Below, in pieces: positions 29,559-40,007 of a stretch of 64,000 bases of DNA. This stretch comes from an uncultured Acidobacteriota bacterium. GTDB taxonomy: Bacteria; Acidobacteriota; Blastocatellia; RBC074. The DNA is taken from positions 231,003 to 295,002 of the forward strand of contig CAWDDA010000015.1 of NCBI GenBank assembly GCA_963800895.1, given 5' to 3'. A model generated the notes under the pieces. That model was not told the DNA's origin. It saw only the letters and a list, made by a program, of their open reading frames with translations, and made no database searches. Numbering within the stretch: the first letter of the stretch is position 1; each line of letters starts with the position of its first letter. The translations under genes were made by a program, and so were the position numbers.

Positions 29559-30317
29559 TCAATTTGCTGGTTTCTTGAATTTCGTGTCGTCGATGGTGCC
29601 ATTGTGCTTGATCTCGGTGAAGGTGATCACCAGTTCAAACATCGGATTCACCTGCCGCACTTTGAAGGGAATCTTGATTCCGTCGACCTCGCGATAATCC
29701 TCAAGGAAAGTCTGAGTGGGAACTTTGCCTTCAGGCGTTTCGCGCTCCTGCTCGTCCTTCAGTAACAACCCTGACTGCGCATCGAAAAACATGGTGATCG
29801 GGGTTCCCTCTTTCGGTGTCGCAAGCACCACATAGGCGTCTTTCTCGCCGACCTTCTGTTTTCCTTTGGCTTCGAGCTTTGGATAAAGTTCCTTAAACTT
29901 GATTTCACGTTGCAGTTCGGCTTCGAGCTTGGTGTCTGCCAGTTCTACACCGGACTTCTCGCGGAGCCCCACCATTGGATTGGCTTCCCAGGCTACCGTT
30001 CCATCGTATCCCTGCCGTAAAGTTCCAAAGTTCGCGAGTTCAGCGTTCATAGAAGTGAGATTGGGCCCTTTGTTCTGTGCTTCGAAAGTGCCGGAGATAT
30101 TAGCGGCGGCGATATCCAGTTTCCCCTTGGCAACTCGCGAGTTGACTTTCGCCAGGGCGTCCTTGCCGCCGAGCGCTTTCACGTAATTATCGATAATCTG
30201 ATCCGCGGTGGGCGTGGCTGCTGATGCAGTTGGAGAAGGCTGCGTAGCTGTCGCCTGCGCGAGTACCGTCCCCACACTCAGGATCAACAAAAATGTAAGC
30301 CAAACAAGACGCTTCAT
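29559..30317 (-). CDS. secreted hypothetical protein (LolA-like/lipoprotein-sorting-like, tentative)
   Basis: Signal peptide MKRLVWLTFLLILSVGTVLAQA. Its start overlaps the stop of the S41 peptidase gene. Confidence 0.5.
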   Translation of the reverse strand: MKRLVWLTFLLILSVGTVLAQATATQPSPTASAATPTADQIIDNYVKALGGKDALAKVNSRVAKGKLDIAAANISGTFEAQNKGPNLTSMNAELANFGTLRQGYDGTVAWEANPMVGLREKSGVELADTKLEAELQREIKFKELYPKLEAKGKQKVGEKDAYVVLATPKEGTPITMFFDAQSGLLLKDEQERETPEGKVPTQTFLEDYREVDGIKIPFKVRQVNPMFELVITFTEIKHNGTIDDTKFKKPAN

Positions 30318-31708
30318 TGAACCTTCCTTTCATTTCTGCCCCTGACAACCTTCATGGCTGTCTCGAGCTGTATATCCCTACCTGCCAGAAGTGATTCGCG
30401 ATCCAGCTTAACTTCAACATCTGGAACTACGCCTGATCCTTCGATCAGGTTACCACGGGGCGATTTGAAATCTGCGACCGCATACTGAAAGATGGCGCCG
30501 GTGGGAAGCCTTGTGAAGAGGGAGGGAAGTGCAGCGCCAGCGCTTCGTTCACCCACCACCAGTGCGCGGCCGAGTTCCTGGAGTCCGCTCGCAAACACTT
30601 CGCTTGTCGAAGCGCTGCTGTCATTCATCAGGATTGCAATTGGTCCCGAGAATGGCTGCGGTTGAGGGAAGATTGCCATATCCATGTATCCAGTCCTCAA
30701 CTGCATTCTCCCCAACGAACCGGTCTTGTCAGTAAGCAACCCCGCGATACCAGGCGCCATGCCACCAAGGCCGCCGGGGTTGTCGCGAAGGTCGATAATC
30801 ATACCTGGTGCGGAGTTGAACGACCGAATGGCTTCGCGTATGCGAGGCATAAGCGAGATCACCCAGACATTGAACCGCAAGTAACCGATACCACCTTCAA
30901 GCGTTTTTCTTTCAAGCTCGGTACGTTGTGGTGGCATGTTTCCGAAGGGCGGTGAATACTCACCCCTGATCCGTTCTCGAGTCACTTCAGTCTCGTGTGG
31001 CAATCCGTTCTCATTGAGGAATCGCACCCGGACCTTTGATCCCTCGCTACCGGAAAGTCTGTTCTCAATAGCTCTGGCCTTCAGGAGCATGCGGTACGAA
31101 TCGGGAATATCGGAAGCCTCGAGCGGTTTGACAAGCGTTGCGACCTCGACGCCATTTACGCCTTTCACAATGAAACCGGGTTTGAGACCGGCCCTGGATG
31201 CGGTCGAATCTGCTTCGATCTTTGTAATCACGGCCTGGCCATTGATAAAGCGCAGCTGGACGCCGATTTGACCTTCACCCGATTGGACCGATGATTGACT
31301 TTCCGTCCTCGCCGCTTCTGTTGGCAGAATACTGAAGTGCGATTGTTTCAATTCTCCGAGCATTTTCTGAAGCAAGCGATAGAGCTGTGTCTCCGAGGTT
31401 ACTTGATCGACCTGGGGAGCGTACTTAACACGGATCTGATCCCAGTCCACTCCTCCAAATCCAGGATCAAAGTGCTTGTCTTTTACGGTGCGCCAGACGA
31501 TCTCAAACGTCTGACGGTAAATCTCTCGCTTATCCTGTAATCCCGCAGTCGCGGCAAGTTCCACCGTGGATCCACGCACTGCAGCAAGTCCTAAGATCAT
31601 TAAACCGATAGGAAGCGTGATCCAGTGGCGAAGCAGCCGCGCGATCCTGCTCGATGTTCTCGTCGTTCTGTTTGGTGACAGTTCTATCATCTCTCTGGGA
31701 TTATACAT
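30314..31708 (-). CDS. S41 family peptidase with PDZ domain
   Basis: IIDLRDNPGG and SASTSEVFA motifs. I chose the start at M147 (MYNPRE..TM anchor) because the longer ORF (to 32146) overlaps the divergent IMPase gene. Confidence 0.75.
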   Translation of the reverse strand: MYNPREMIELSPNRTTRTSSRIARLLRHWITLPIGLMILGLAAVRGSTVELAATAGLQDKREIYRQTFEIVWRTVKDKHFDPGFGGVDWDQIRVKYAPQVDQVTSETQLYRLLQKMLGELKQSHFSILPTEAARTESQSSVQSGEGQIGVQLRFINGQAVITKIEADSTASRAGLKPGFIVKGVNGVEVATLVKPLEASDIPDSYRMLLKARAIENRLSGSEGSKVRVRFLNENGLPHETEVTRERIRGEYSPPFGNMPPQRTELERKTLEGGIGYLRFNVWVISLMPRIREAIRSFNSAPGMIIDLRDNPGGLGGMAPGIAGLLTDKTGSLGRMQLRTGYMDMAIFPQPQPFSGPIAILMNDSSASTSEVFASGLQELGRALVVGERSAGAALPSLFTRLPTGAIFQYAVADFKSPRGNLIEGSGVVPDVEVKLDRESLLAGRDIQLETAMKVVRGRNERKVQ

Positions 31709-31780
31709 TACGATTGAGCGGTCAAAAGGTTCAGATACCACGCGACAATCCGGCCGGCTGCCGATAGAATCCCGAATCAT

Positions 31781-32542
31781 ATGGATTTCGATGACCTCTT
31801 CAAGTTCCTGAATATTGTCAATCGTCAGGCAGGTGCTATTGTTCGGCGTTACTATGGCCGCCAGATCGAAGTTACAAGGAAATCCGACCGGACGCCGGTG
31901 ACTGATGCCGATCGTGAAGTCGAGAGGTTTCTGCGAGCAGCAATCGAACGCCAGTTTCCGACGCATTCGATTCTCGGTGAAGAGCTCGGTGAAGTCTCCA
32001 AAGAAGGAGGGTTTCGCTGGGTCATCGACCCTATCGATGGAACGAAAACATTCCTCCTGCGAACGCCACTCTTTGGCATTCTTCTCGCCCTCGAGAACAA
32101 CGGTGTACCCATTCTCGGATCCATCTATCTCCCAATACAGGATCAATTGATGATTGGCTCAAGAGAGACCGGGACATTCCTCAACGGTGTTGCAAGTTCA
32201 GTTTCAAAGGTTTCACGGATGGACGAAGCTCGGCTGATGATTACCGATCCGTCTTGTCTGACTGGTCCGAACCGCGATCCTGGAATTCAACGCCTGATCG
32301 AAAGCGTTGAGCTGACAAGAGGCTTTGGAGATTGTTACGGGTATTTCCTGGTCGCTTCGGGAGCCGCCGATATCATGGTTGACCCTATCCTTGCCTACCA
32401 CGATCTTGCGGCACTCATTCCGATCATTGAGGGCGCTGGTGGCCGGCTGACCTCGCGCGATGGTCAGGACGCGCTAACTGCGAAGTCCGCCGTCGCGACG
32501 AATGGTCTTTTGCATGAAGAGGCTGTGAGGTTGCTTAGGTAG
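31781..32542 (+). CDS. inositol monophosphatase family protein (HisN-like)
   Basis: GEELG, WVIDPIDGT and GDCYGY motifs. Confidence 0.8.
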   Translation: MDFDDLFKFLNIVNRQAGAIVRRYYGRQIEVTRKSDRTPVTDADREVERFLRAAIERQFPTHSILGEELGEVSKEGGFRWVIDPIDGTKTFLLRTPLFGILLALENNGVPILGSIYLPIQDQLMIGSRETGTFLNGVASSVSKVSRMDEARLMITDPSCLTGPNRDPGIQRLIESVELTRGFGDCYGYFLVASGAADIMVDPILAYHDLAALIPIIEGAGGRLTSRDGQDALTAKSAVATNGLLHEEAVRLLR

Positions 32543-32701
32543 TGGCCGGTCAGTGGTGGATGCAGGGGTCTGAGTGTAACAACAAGCTAAAGCTTGAACT
32601 CAAACTTCGTGTGCCTGATTTTAAGTTTGAGTTCAAGCTTCAGCTTGTTGTTACACTCAAACCCCACCGCGACCGCCCACTGCCCACTGCCCACTGACCA
32701 C
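32542..32701. repeat. nested-palindrome repeat, family A copy 4 (inside-out arm order, CCCACTG-type outer arms)
   Basis: GAGTGTAACAACAAGCTAAAGCTTGAACTCAAACT (32572-32606) pairs with AGTTTGAGTTCAAGCTTCAGCTTGTTGTTACACTC (32624-32658). CCCACTG x3 lies on the right flank. Confidence 0.9.
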
Positions 32702-32707
32702 TCACTC

Positions 32708-34036
32708 TCACACCTCCCGCCGCGGGCGTTCCCTGCGAATAAAGTACTGATCCTGGCGGGGCTCAGCTTCGCATTCGAGGGCAAATGTGGTGATTGGGTG
32801 ATCGGGTGGGCGCTCGGGCAGACCGGTCAATCTAAGGCGAAACTGATCCTGCTGAAACTCAACCTTCTGGCCCGAACCAAGAAGCTTAGCTGACTTGACC
32901 GTTGTCAGGAGACCGGCAATCACCGCGGTGTTACCCGGCCAGAAATGCACATGTACATACAAGGTGTTTCCGCGCCGCGTAAAGCTCGCATAGTTCGATC
33001 TGCGCGGCTGACATTTGTCAGCCCCTATCACCGAGGTGCTGTTGCGCTCCATCCAGGCGCCGGTTTCGGTCAGTATCCGAATGGACTCTTCGGGAATCGA
33101 GCCGTCCCCTTTTTGGTCCGATGTTTAGAAGATAGTTGCCACCATCGCGTGAACACGAGATCAGGTTGCGAATGACCTGTTTTGGAGATTTCCATGCGTC
33201 ATCAGCAGTCTGATAGCCCCAGCTGTCATTCATCGTCATACACGATTCCCATGGGCGATCGCCTTCTTCGGCTTGTATGCGCTGTTCCGGAGTCGAGAAA
33301 TCTCCCTGAAGTTTGTTACGGTTGTTGACTATGATATCTGGCTGGAGCTTGAAGACCATTTCATTCATGCGCTCGGATTCCCACCCGTTCGCATCGAGAG
33401 GCCATGGTACGTCGTACCAGAGCACATCGATCTTCCCGTAGTTCGACATCAGCTCGCGCAAATGTTCGTGAATATAGGCCACGAATCGTTTTCGTGCTCC
33501 TTCATCGGATTCGCAGCGTGCACCATCAGGGTGATGCCAGTCCATTAGCGAATAATAGAGGCCAGCGCGCAGCCCTTCGGCGCGTGCAGCGTCAAGATAC
33601 TCTCTGACGAGATCGCGACCGGCGGCCTGCCTGCGGTGCGCAATACTGGGTCGTCTTTGTATCGAAGAGACAGAAACCTTCGTGATGCTTGGAAGTCATT
33701 ACCATGTACTTCATGCCGGCACGGCGTGCCAGCCGTGCCCAGTCTCGCGCTGCATTCGGCCTTGGATTGAAGCGCTTTGCGAGCTGCTCGTAGTCGGCGA
33801 CTGGTATACCCTCGTTCTCCATGACCCATTCGTGGCGGCCTACAACGCTGTACAGGCCCCAGTGAATGAACATCCCGAAAGTAGCCTCATGCCACCATTT
33901 CATTCTTCGCGCGCGGTCAGCCTGGACCTCAGAATCTTCACAAGATGGCGCTATCAGTCAATTCAGTGTTTAGCACGGCGGTGCTTGCTCCCATCAATTT
34001 CAGATAGTCGCGTCGCGATAGGTGACTCGACTCCAT
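32708..34036 (-). pseudogene. GH29 alpha-L-fucosidase with Tat signal, at least 3 frameshifts
   Basis: MESSHLSRRDYLKLMGAST, then FGMFIHWGLYSV..TSKHHEGFCLFD, then GRDLVREYLDAARAEGLRAGLYYSLMDWHH, then [28 protein letters not shown]. These lie in four different frames. Confidence 0.8.
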
Positions 34037-34048
34037 CGTCTATCCTCC

Positions 34049-37000
34049 TCAAAATGTCAGCCTGACCGACATCTGCATTCGACGCGGCTGACGTGAGCTG
34101 ATCACCTGACCAAATCTTGTGTTGACCTGCGCTCCGGCGGCATCAAAACGAGCCGTCGTGTCTACGCCAAGAAATTGAGTGTGATTGAAAGCGTTGTACA
34201 TCTCCCATCGCACCTGAATCTCGCGTGATTCACTCTTGAGCGGGATGTTCTTGAAGAGTGACAGGTCCCAGTTGTTGATCCCGGGAAGTCTGATCACGTC
34301 CTTTGGTGCGTTGCCAAAGCTTCCTCGTGGAGGTCGTGCAAAGACCGAGGTGTCGAACCAGCGTGAGAAGCCACGCTCGCCACTGTCAAGATTTGGATTC
34401 CCGGTAACAATGATCCTTGTACCATCCCCACCGCCCGAGAGGTCTGCATTGTCGACGAGAGTAAATCCGATCCCGCTTGGGACTCCACTCGAAAACGTAG
34501 TGATACCTGAGACCTGCCAGTTGTCAAACACGGCCCCAAAGACCTTGTTGTCCCAAAGATTCGTTGCTTTGGGAAGGTCCCAGGCGTAATTCACAATAAA
34601 CATGTGCGTCTGATCAAAGCCCGCTTTGCCGTAATTCCATATTTTTACCGGGCGGTAGACCGCGACTCCGTCGGCGTCGTTATCCACGTACGTCATTGCT
34701 TTTGACCAGGTGTAAGCAAGGCCAAATTGCAGACCACGCGCAAACCTTCGGTTCGCAGCAATCTGCAAAGAGTTGTAATTGGAGGTGCCGGCGTACTCGT
34801 TGTATGTAATGTTCCCCCAGCCAGGAAAAGGACGAAAGAAATTATCGTTGAGCGGGATGGCAGGATTTGTGGGGTCAGCATTTTGCGGCAGGAATCGCGA
34901 CCCATAGGGAACCAGGTTGATATTGCGCGTCTGCGCCAGGTGTCGGCCGACGCTACCTACGTACGCTACGTCAAGCACTGTCCCGAACCCGATGTCACGC
35001 TGAACACCGAGCATGAAATTGTAGATCGAGGGAGTGTGTGCGTCTCGCTCAAAGCTTTGAATGTTGCTCGGAAAGATAACCCCGGTCGTGCCGAGAAACG
35101 TGTCAAAGTTGCCGTAAAAGAGCTGAGGGTTGAACTGAATCGGCGGATTCTGCGTGAAAGCGCGAATTCCGGGTGAGACGGTATTGTAGAAAACTCCGAA
35201 GCTTCCTCGCAGCGCAGTCTTCCCATTGCCGCTAATATCGTATGCAAATCCGACACGCGGCTCAAAGAGCAATGAAACTGGTTCCTTGAATCCTTCTGGA
35301 TAGCTCAGGATCTGTCGCAACTACAGAACCATTAACCGGGTCACCCGTTCCTGGAATGATGGCTCCGATGTAAACAGCCGGAAGTACCTGATTGTTTATC
35401 GGATTGAGCGCGCGGCGATCGGCCGTCGGGCACGGAGTCACGTTGCGGGCACATGTCGGACGGTAGATAGGTCGGCGCTTTCGACCGGTCATAGCGCTCG
35501 AGCGCGAACGCGGCTGCCTCACCTCTATTATGGGTCCATTGTGAATACCAGACGAGCCTCAATCCGTAATCAAGTGAAAGACGGCGAGTCGCCTTCCAGT
35601 TATCCTGAACAAACCACGCTAGCGAGGTCTTCCGGCCCTCGTTACTCGGTCGGGTGTCAGATTCGACATAGGACTGAAAGTTTCCAAGGATTGCGTTCGA
35701 ATATGCGTAGTTCGAGTCAAGTGGATTGTTCACATCCCGGCCAAACGCGATGTTGCCTCCATACGTGCCCTGCTCACCTTCGTAATTTCTGAGCCGCTCG
35801 TAAAAGAACCCGGCTTTGAACGTATGGCTTCCGCGGATATAGGTTACATTGTCTGTAAAGTTAATGACCGTGTCCGCACCTCTCAACGGGAAACGCCCGT
35901 CATAGGTAATCGCGGCTGCGTTTGTCACTCCGCCGAATGAAGCCTGAGGAATGATCCCAAGTGGATTGTTAGAGGGAAAGAACTGGCCAAGTCCCGTCAG
36001 TCCCCGGCTCGCCCGCTGCACCTTCGCCAGTTCAGAATCTGATTCGGGTGGGCCCGCCTCGACGCTGTGCCTCACTCCGACCGTAGCCTCGTTTATGAAC
36101 TGCGGGCTGAAGACGCGTGTGTAACTCGTAACGATTCCATCGTCCGTAAAGGTGTAGTGCTGCCTGATAAGCCCCCAGTTAGATGAACCAGCCAGCAACC
36201 GCATGACCTATACTGTCCGCATACCACGTCGAGCCGCGAACACTGACAGAGTCTTTCTCCGTCGGTCTCCAATCGACCCTCAGAAGATGCTGATGGCGTG
36301 GCTGATTGATGCTCTCCTGGAACTGATAGTTGAAATTACCGCCGGTAATTGCCCGGTTTAGCTGGTTGGGCGTAGGAAAGATGTTGAGGATCGACTGCCC
36401 ATACCGATTGATCCGGCTTGTGGGAATGATGTTGTTCTGAAACGGCAGATTGGTTACCGGATCACGGATCACAATCAGCCTCCCGTTCTGATCCAGGGTC
36501 TGAGAGAAATTGCCGGCCCGTTCGAGTTCGGTTGGAACGGTTACCTGTCTAACAGCCTGCGGATTCTTTACCCATGAATGCTCAAATGAGTAGAAGAAGA
36601 ACAACTTGTCCTTATCAGTATTGAAATGACGCGGAATGTAGATCGGTCCACCGACAGTGAAACCGAGTGTGCTGTGGCGGTAGATCGGCTTGCTGATCTT
36701 GTCCCGGTTATTGAAGAAGTCATTTGCATTGAACGACTCGTGTCGTTTGTACCAGTATCCACTTCCGTGAAACTCCTGTGAGCCCGACTTGGTAATGATA
36801 TTTACAAAGCTCCCGCCATTTCGACCATACTCGGCCTGGTAATTGTTCAGTTGAACCTTTGACCTCGCCGATTGCATCGAGATTGATCGGGCTCGAGAAC
36901 GTGCTCGGAGTTCCCAGATCGTTGCCAGTAATGCCGTCAACCTGCACGCTGTTCCAGGTTGACCGTGATCCCTGAATATTAGGTGTTCCAGTGCCGAAAT

Positions 37001-37525
37001 TGCCGCCGAGGAACCTGTGTCGACCTGTTGTGAAACACCAGGGAGAATACGCAGCATTGAAATAACGTCGCGTCCGCGAATTGCAATCGTCTGTAACTGA
37101 TCCGAGGTGATCAGTGCTGAATGTTCCGAGGTTTCGGTCTGGACGACAGCGCCTTCAGCCTGTGTGGTCACCGCTTCGCTCACCTCACCCACGCTCATCT
37201 CGATTGTCCCGACAGAGAGATGCTCGGCAGCAGGCAGGACGTTTCCAGTGCGCTCGAACACACGAAAGCCTTTGTTTTCGACACGGACCGTATAGACACC
37301 GGGCTGAACCGCAGCGAATGTAAAGACTCCTTCGTCGCTCGTTAGAATGGTCCGTTGTTCGCGGGTCCTTTCGCTGATGAGTTTTGCGGTTGCTCCGGCA
37401 ATTACGTGACCCGAGCTGTCGAGGACCGTTCCGGAAATCGTGCCGGTTGTTGTCTGTGCTTTTCCGGCGATCGTCAGGAAACAGAGACACACTAGGACAA
37501 GACTTAGGACCTTGAATCGGTACAT
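34049..37525 (-). pseudogene. TonB-dependent receptor with CarboxypepD_reg N-domain, at least 5 frameshifts
   Basis: The fragments 36179..37525, 36720..36947, 35341..36204, 35262..35522 and 34049..35320 join into one roughly 1150-aa receptor (GTISGTVLD.., NNYQAEYGRNGG, C-terminal ..RMQMSVRLTF). Confidence 0.8.
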
Positions 37526-37599
37526 AAGGGACCTCCAGCGTTACCGCTAACGAGTGTCGCGTATAGTATCCGTTACCGATAACAATGTCAAGATACGTC

Positions 37600-37690
37600 C
37601 AGGCATGTTGTACCGGCTTGTAGCCGGAATCTTCACATTCAGATAGTTCGAATGCGACCGTTCCGGCTACAAGCCGGTACGACATGCCTG
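37600..37690. repeat. nested-palindrome repeat, family B copy 3
   Basis: CAGGCATGTTGTACCGGCTTGTAGCCGGAAT pairs with TTCCGGCTACAAGCCGGTACGACATGCCTG. Confidence 0.9.
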
Positions 37691-37703
37691 GGTAAAAGCG
37701 AAC

Positions 37704-38909
37704 CTAACTATGGGCGATCCGGCGGGCGATGCGTTTTGCGCGGCTGACGATGCGGGCGAGGCCGATCTCGCCAAGATAATTGCCTACGAGACTGATCTCT
37801 GAAGGAAGAACGCCAAGGTGGTCGAGGATCAGTTCCAGATCTGTCGTGTAATGGGGAAGAGCCTTGGGCCAGCGCGTGATCTTTAGATCGATCAGTGTTT
37901 CGCGAGCTCCAGTTAACCGTTCATGTTCATTTACCAGTAATTCACTAAGAGTAGAGTCGTCGAGATCGACTACTTGCCGATCAAGTGCGCCACCGAGAAT
38001 CCACGTCTCCGAGCGAATCGGACTGCGACCTGCGAAGATACAGTCGTTGAACAGCACACCAAGCGAACGAAATCCCTGCTCGCGAGGAAAAAGGCAGCCG
38101 AACCCAATCACCTGGGCAGGGCTTCGTTCGAAAAAGCATGTCGCCGTTACCAGCGGAAGCATTTCGATTCTTTCAAGCTGCCGGCTGATGTCAGGAGCAA
38201 CGCTCTTGAGCACCTCAGACGCTTCGTGCGCGCTCGTGCAGATGATGACTGGCTCGCGATCGCGAATCTCAGCGCGCTCACCCGTCACTATCTGGACTCC
38301 AGCCTTCACGAGAAACGTCACCAGGCCGTCGATGATCTGTTGCAAGCCACCTTTAGGCGCCACCGTTCGCGGCCGCGCCGCCCGCTTACTGCCTGTCTCA
38401 TGCCCTGCGTACTCGGCACGTTTCAGTACGAGCGTCGCACTCAGCTTGTGTGGGTCACCCGCGTAGACGCCTGCAAGCGCCGGCGCGAGGAAGTGTTCGG
38501 TTGCGCCTTTACCCAGCACGCGGGCGCCCCATTCGTTTACCGACTCGCGCGGCTCGGGTTTGAATCGAGCGACATTCCAGGCAAGACCGGCTGCAAGACG
38601 GATCGATTCGCTAAAGCGAAGCGGCCAGCGGCTGGGCCTTCCGCGGTAAATGTAACGAGCACGCGACTGCGGCAACGTGCGTTCGAGCGGAACCCCGATC
38701 CTGGAACACATCTCGACAACGTCGGGCGAACTGAGTATTCCATTGGCGGCGGTTTCGACCAGTCCGTTGCGGGTGTTCAGCGTCTGAATAAGTCCTCCAG
38801 CGCGCTCGGACTTTTCGATGAGTCGTACCTGCATCCGCTCATGGACAAGATAGAACGCAGTCACCAGACCTGAAAAACCTGCGCCGATAACCGTGATCTC
38901 ATGCGCCAT
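37704..38909 (-). CDS. FAD-dependent protoporphyrinogen/coproporphyrinogen oxidase-like protein (HemY family)
   Basis: ITVIGAGFSGLVTAFYL..EKSERAGG at the N-terminus and a C-terminal GNYLGEIGL-type motif. At 401 aa it is shorter than typical HemY. Confidence 0.6.
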   Translation of the reverse strand: MAHEITVIGAGFSGLVTAFYLVHERMQVRLIEKSERAGGLIQTLNTRNGLVETAANGILSSPDVVEMCSRIGVPLERTLPQSRARYIYRGRPSRWPLRFSESIRLAAGLAWNVARFKPEPRESVNEWGARVLGKGATEHFLAPALAGVYAGDPHKLSATLVLKRAEYAGHETGSKRAARPRTVAPKGGLQQIIDGLVTFLVKAGVQIVTGERAEIRDREPVIICTSAHEASEVLKSVAPDISRQLERIEMLPLVTATCFFERSPAQVIGFGCLFPREQGFRSLGVLFNDCIFAGRSPIRSETWILGGALDRQVVDLDDSTLSELLVNEHERLTGARETLIDLKITRWPKALPHYTTDLELILDHLGVLPSEISLVGNYLGEIGLARIVSRAKRIARRIAHS

Positions 38910-39023
38910 GCGATCGCCTTATCCCACGCCCGTTGATGTTACTTTGTCACCATCTTAATTTGCCTTGAACAAGCCAGTCGATGTACAAGTAGAGTCACAT
39001 CAATTTATACGAAGGGTCATTTA

Positions 39024-39963
39024 ATGAGAAGAAGTTCCCCCGTGCGTAGCGATCTTGAGGGTGTTTTCGCAGTTCCGCCACTGGCGCGAAACTCTGACTC
39101 GACCCGATCCCTGAATCTCGAGGAGAGTCAACGGATAGTTGATCACATAGCCGGAGACGGCATCACCCGACTTATATATGGGGGTAACGCTTTCTTGTAC
39201 CATATTTCGCTCGACGAATATGCGGCGATGCTCGAATGGGGCGCCTCTTTGTCTGATGATCTGTGGATCATTCCAGGCGCCGGTCCGTCCTTCGGACGAG
39301 CAATCGACCAGGCTCCTCTCCTCCGAAAGCATGGGTTTCCATGCGTGATGATGCTTCCTTGCAGCGATCCTCGAGATGCGCGAGGTCTTGAGCGTGGTCT
39401 TCGAGAAATCGCCGAACGTGCCGAAACCCGGCTCATGCTTTACGTCAAGGACGAGGATAATTTCGGAGCGAACCGGGAGGCTGGCCTTGATGCACTGGCG
39501 CGACTCGTCGATGATGGCGTGTGCGTGGCAATCAAGTATGCCGTCGTGCGAAAGGACCCTTCGCAGGACACATATCTCGAAGCATTGCTCACCCGCGTCG
39601 ATCGCAGCATCGTTATCAGCGGAATTGGAGAACGGCCAGCAGTGACCCATATGCAGCTCTGGCAGCTCCCCGGATTCACGACCGGTTCCGGGTGTATAGC
39701 TCCTGCTCTCTCAAATCGCATCTTCGCGCAATGTGTTGCTCAAGACTGGGTTACGGCAGGTGAGACGCGAGCAGCGTTCCTGCCGCTCGAAGACCTTCGC
39801 GATGAGCTTGGACCAGCTCGCGTCCTCCATTCCGCAGTGGATCTCACCTCAATCGCGCAAGTCCGGCCCGGTTCCCCCGTTTGTTTCCGGACTGACAGAC
39901 GCCGAGCAAAACCGCGTTGCAAGCGTTGCTCGCGATCTTCTTGAGCTGAATTCTGCGTCGTGA
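39024..39963 (+). CDS. dihydrodipicolinate synthase/N-acetylneuraminate lyase family aldolase, frameshift near 39857-39862
   Basis: VCVAIKYAV holds the candidate Schiff-base Lys. The C-terminus SGPVPPFVSGLTDAEQNRVASVARDLLELNSAS lies in the frame of ORF 39733..39963. Confidence 0.6.
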
Positions 39964-40007
39964 TCCATCCATCCCGTCGCTCATACCTTGAATCAGGAGA
40001 CTGAAAG

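Noticed and set aside
31709-32146. The long N-terminal part of the S41 peptidase ORF
   Set aside because: It overlaps the well-supported divergent IMPase gene on the other strand. The peptidase TM anchor follows the internal Met at 31708.
37974-38873. A 299-aa ORF antisense to the hemY-like gene. Similar long antisense ORFs: 16002..16772, 4164..4775, 39021..39650, 39740..40291, 22358..22870 and 27112..27633
   Set aside because: They are Arg/Ser/Ala-rich shadow frames typical of GC-rich coding regions. The opposite strand carries clear family motifs.
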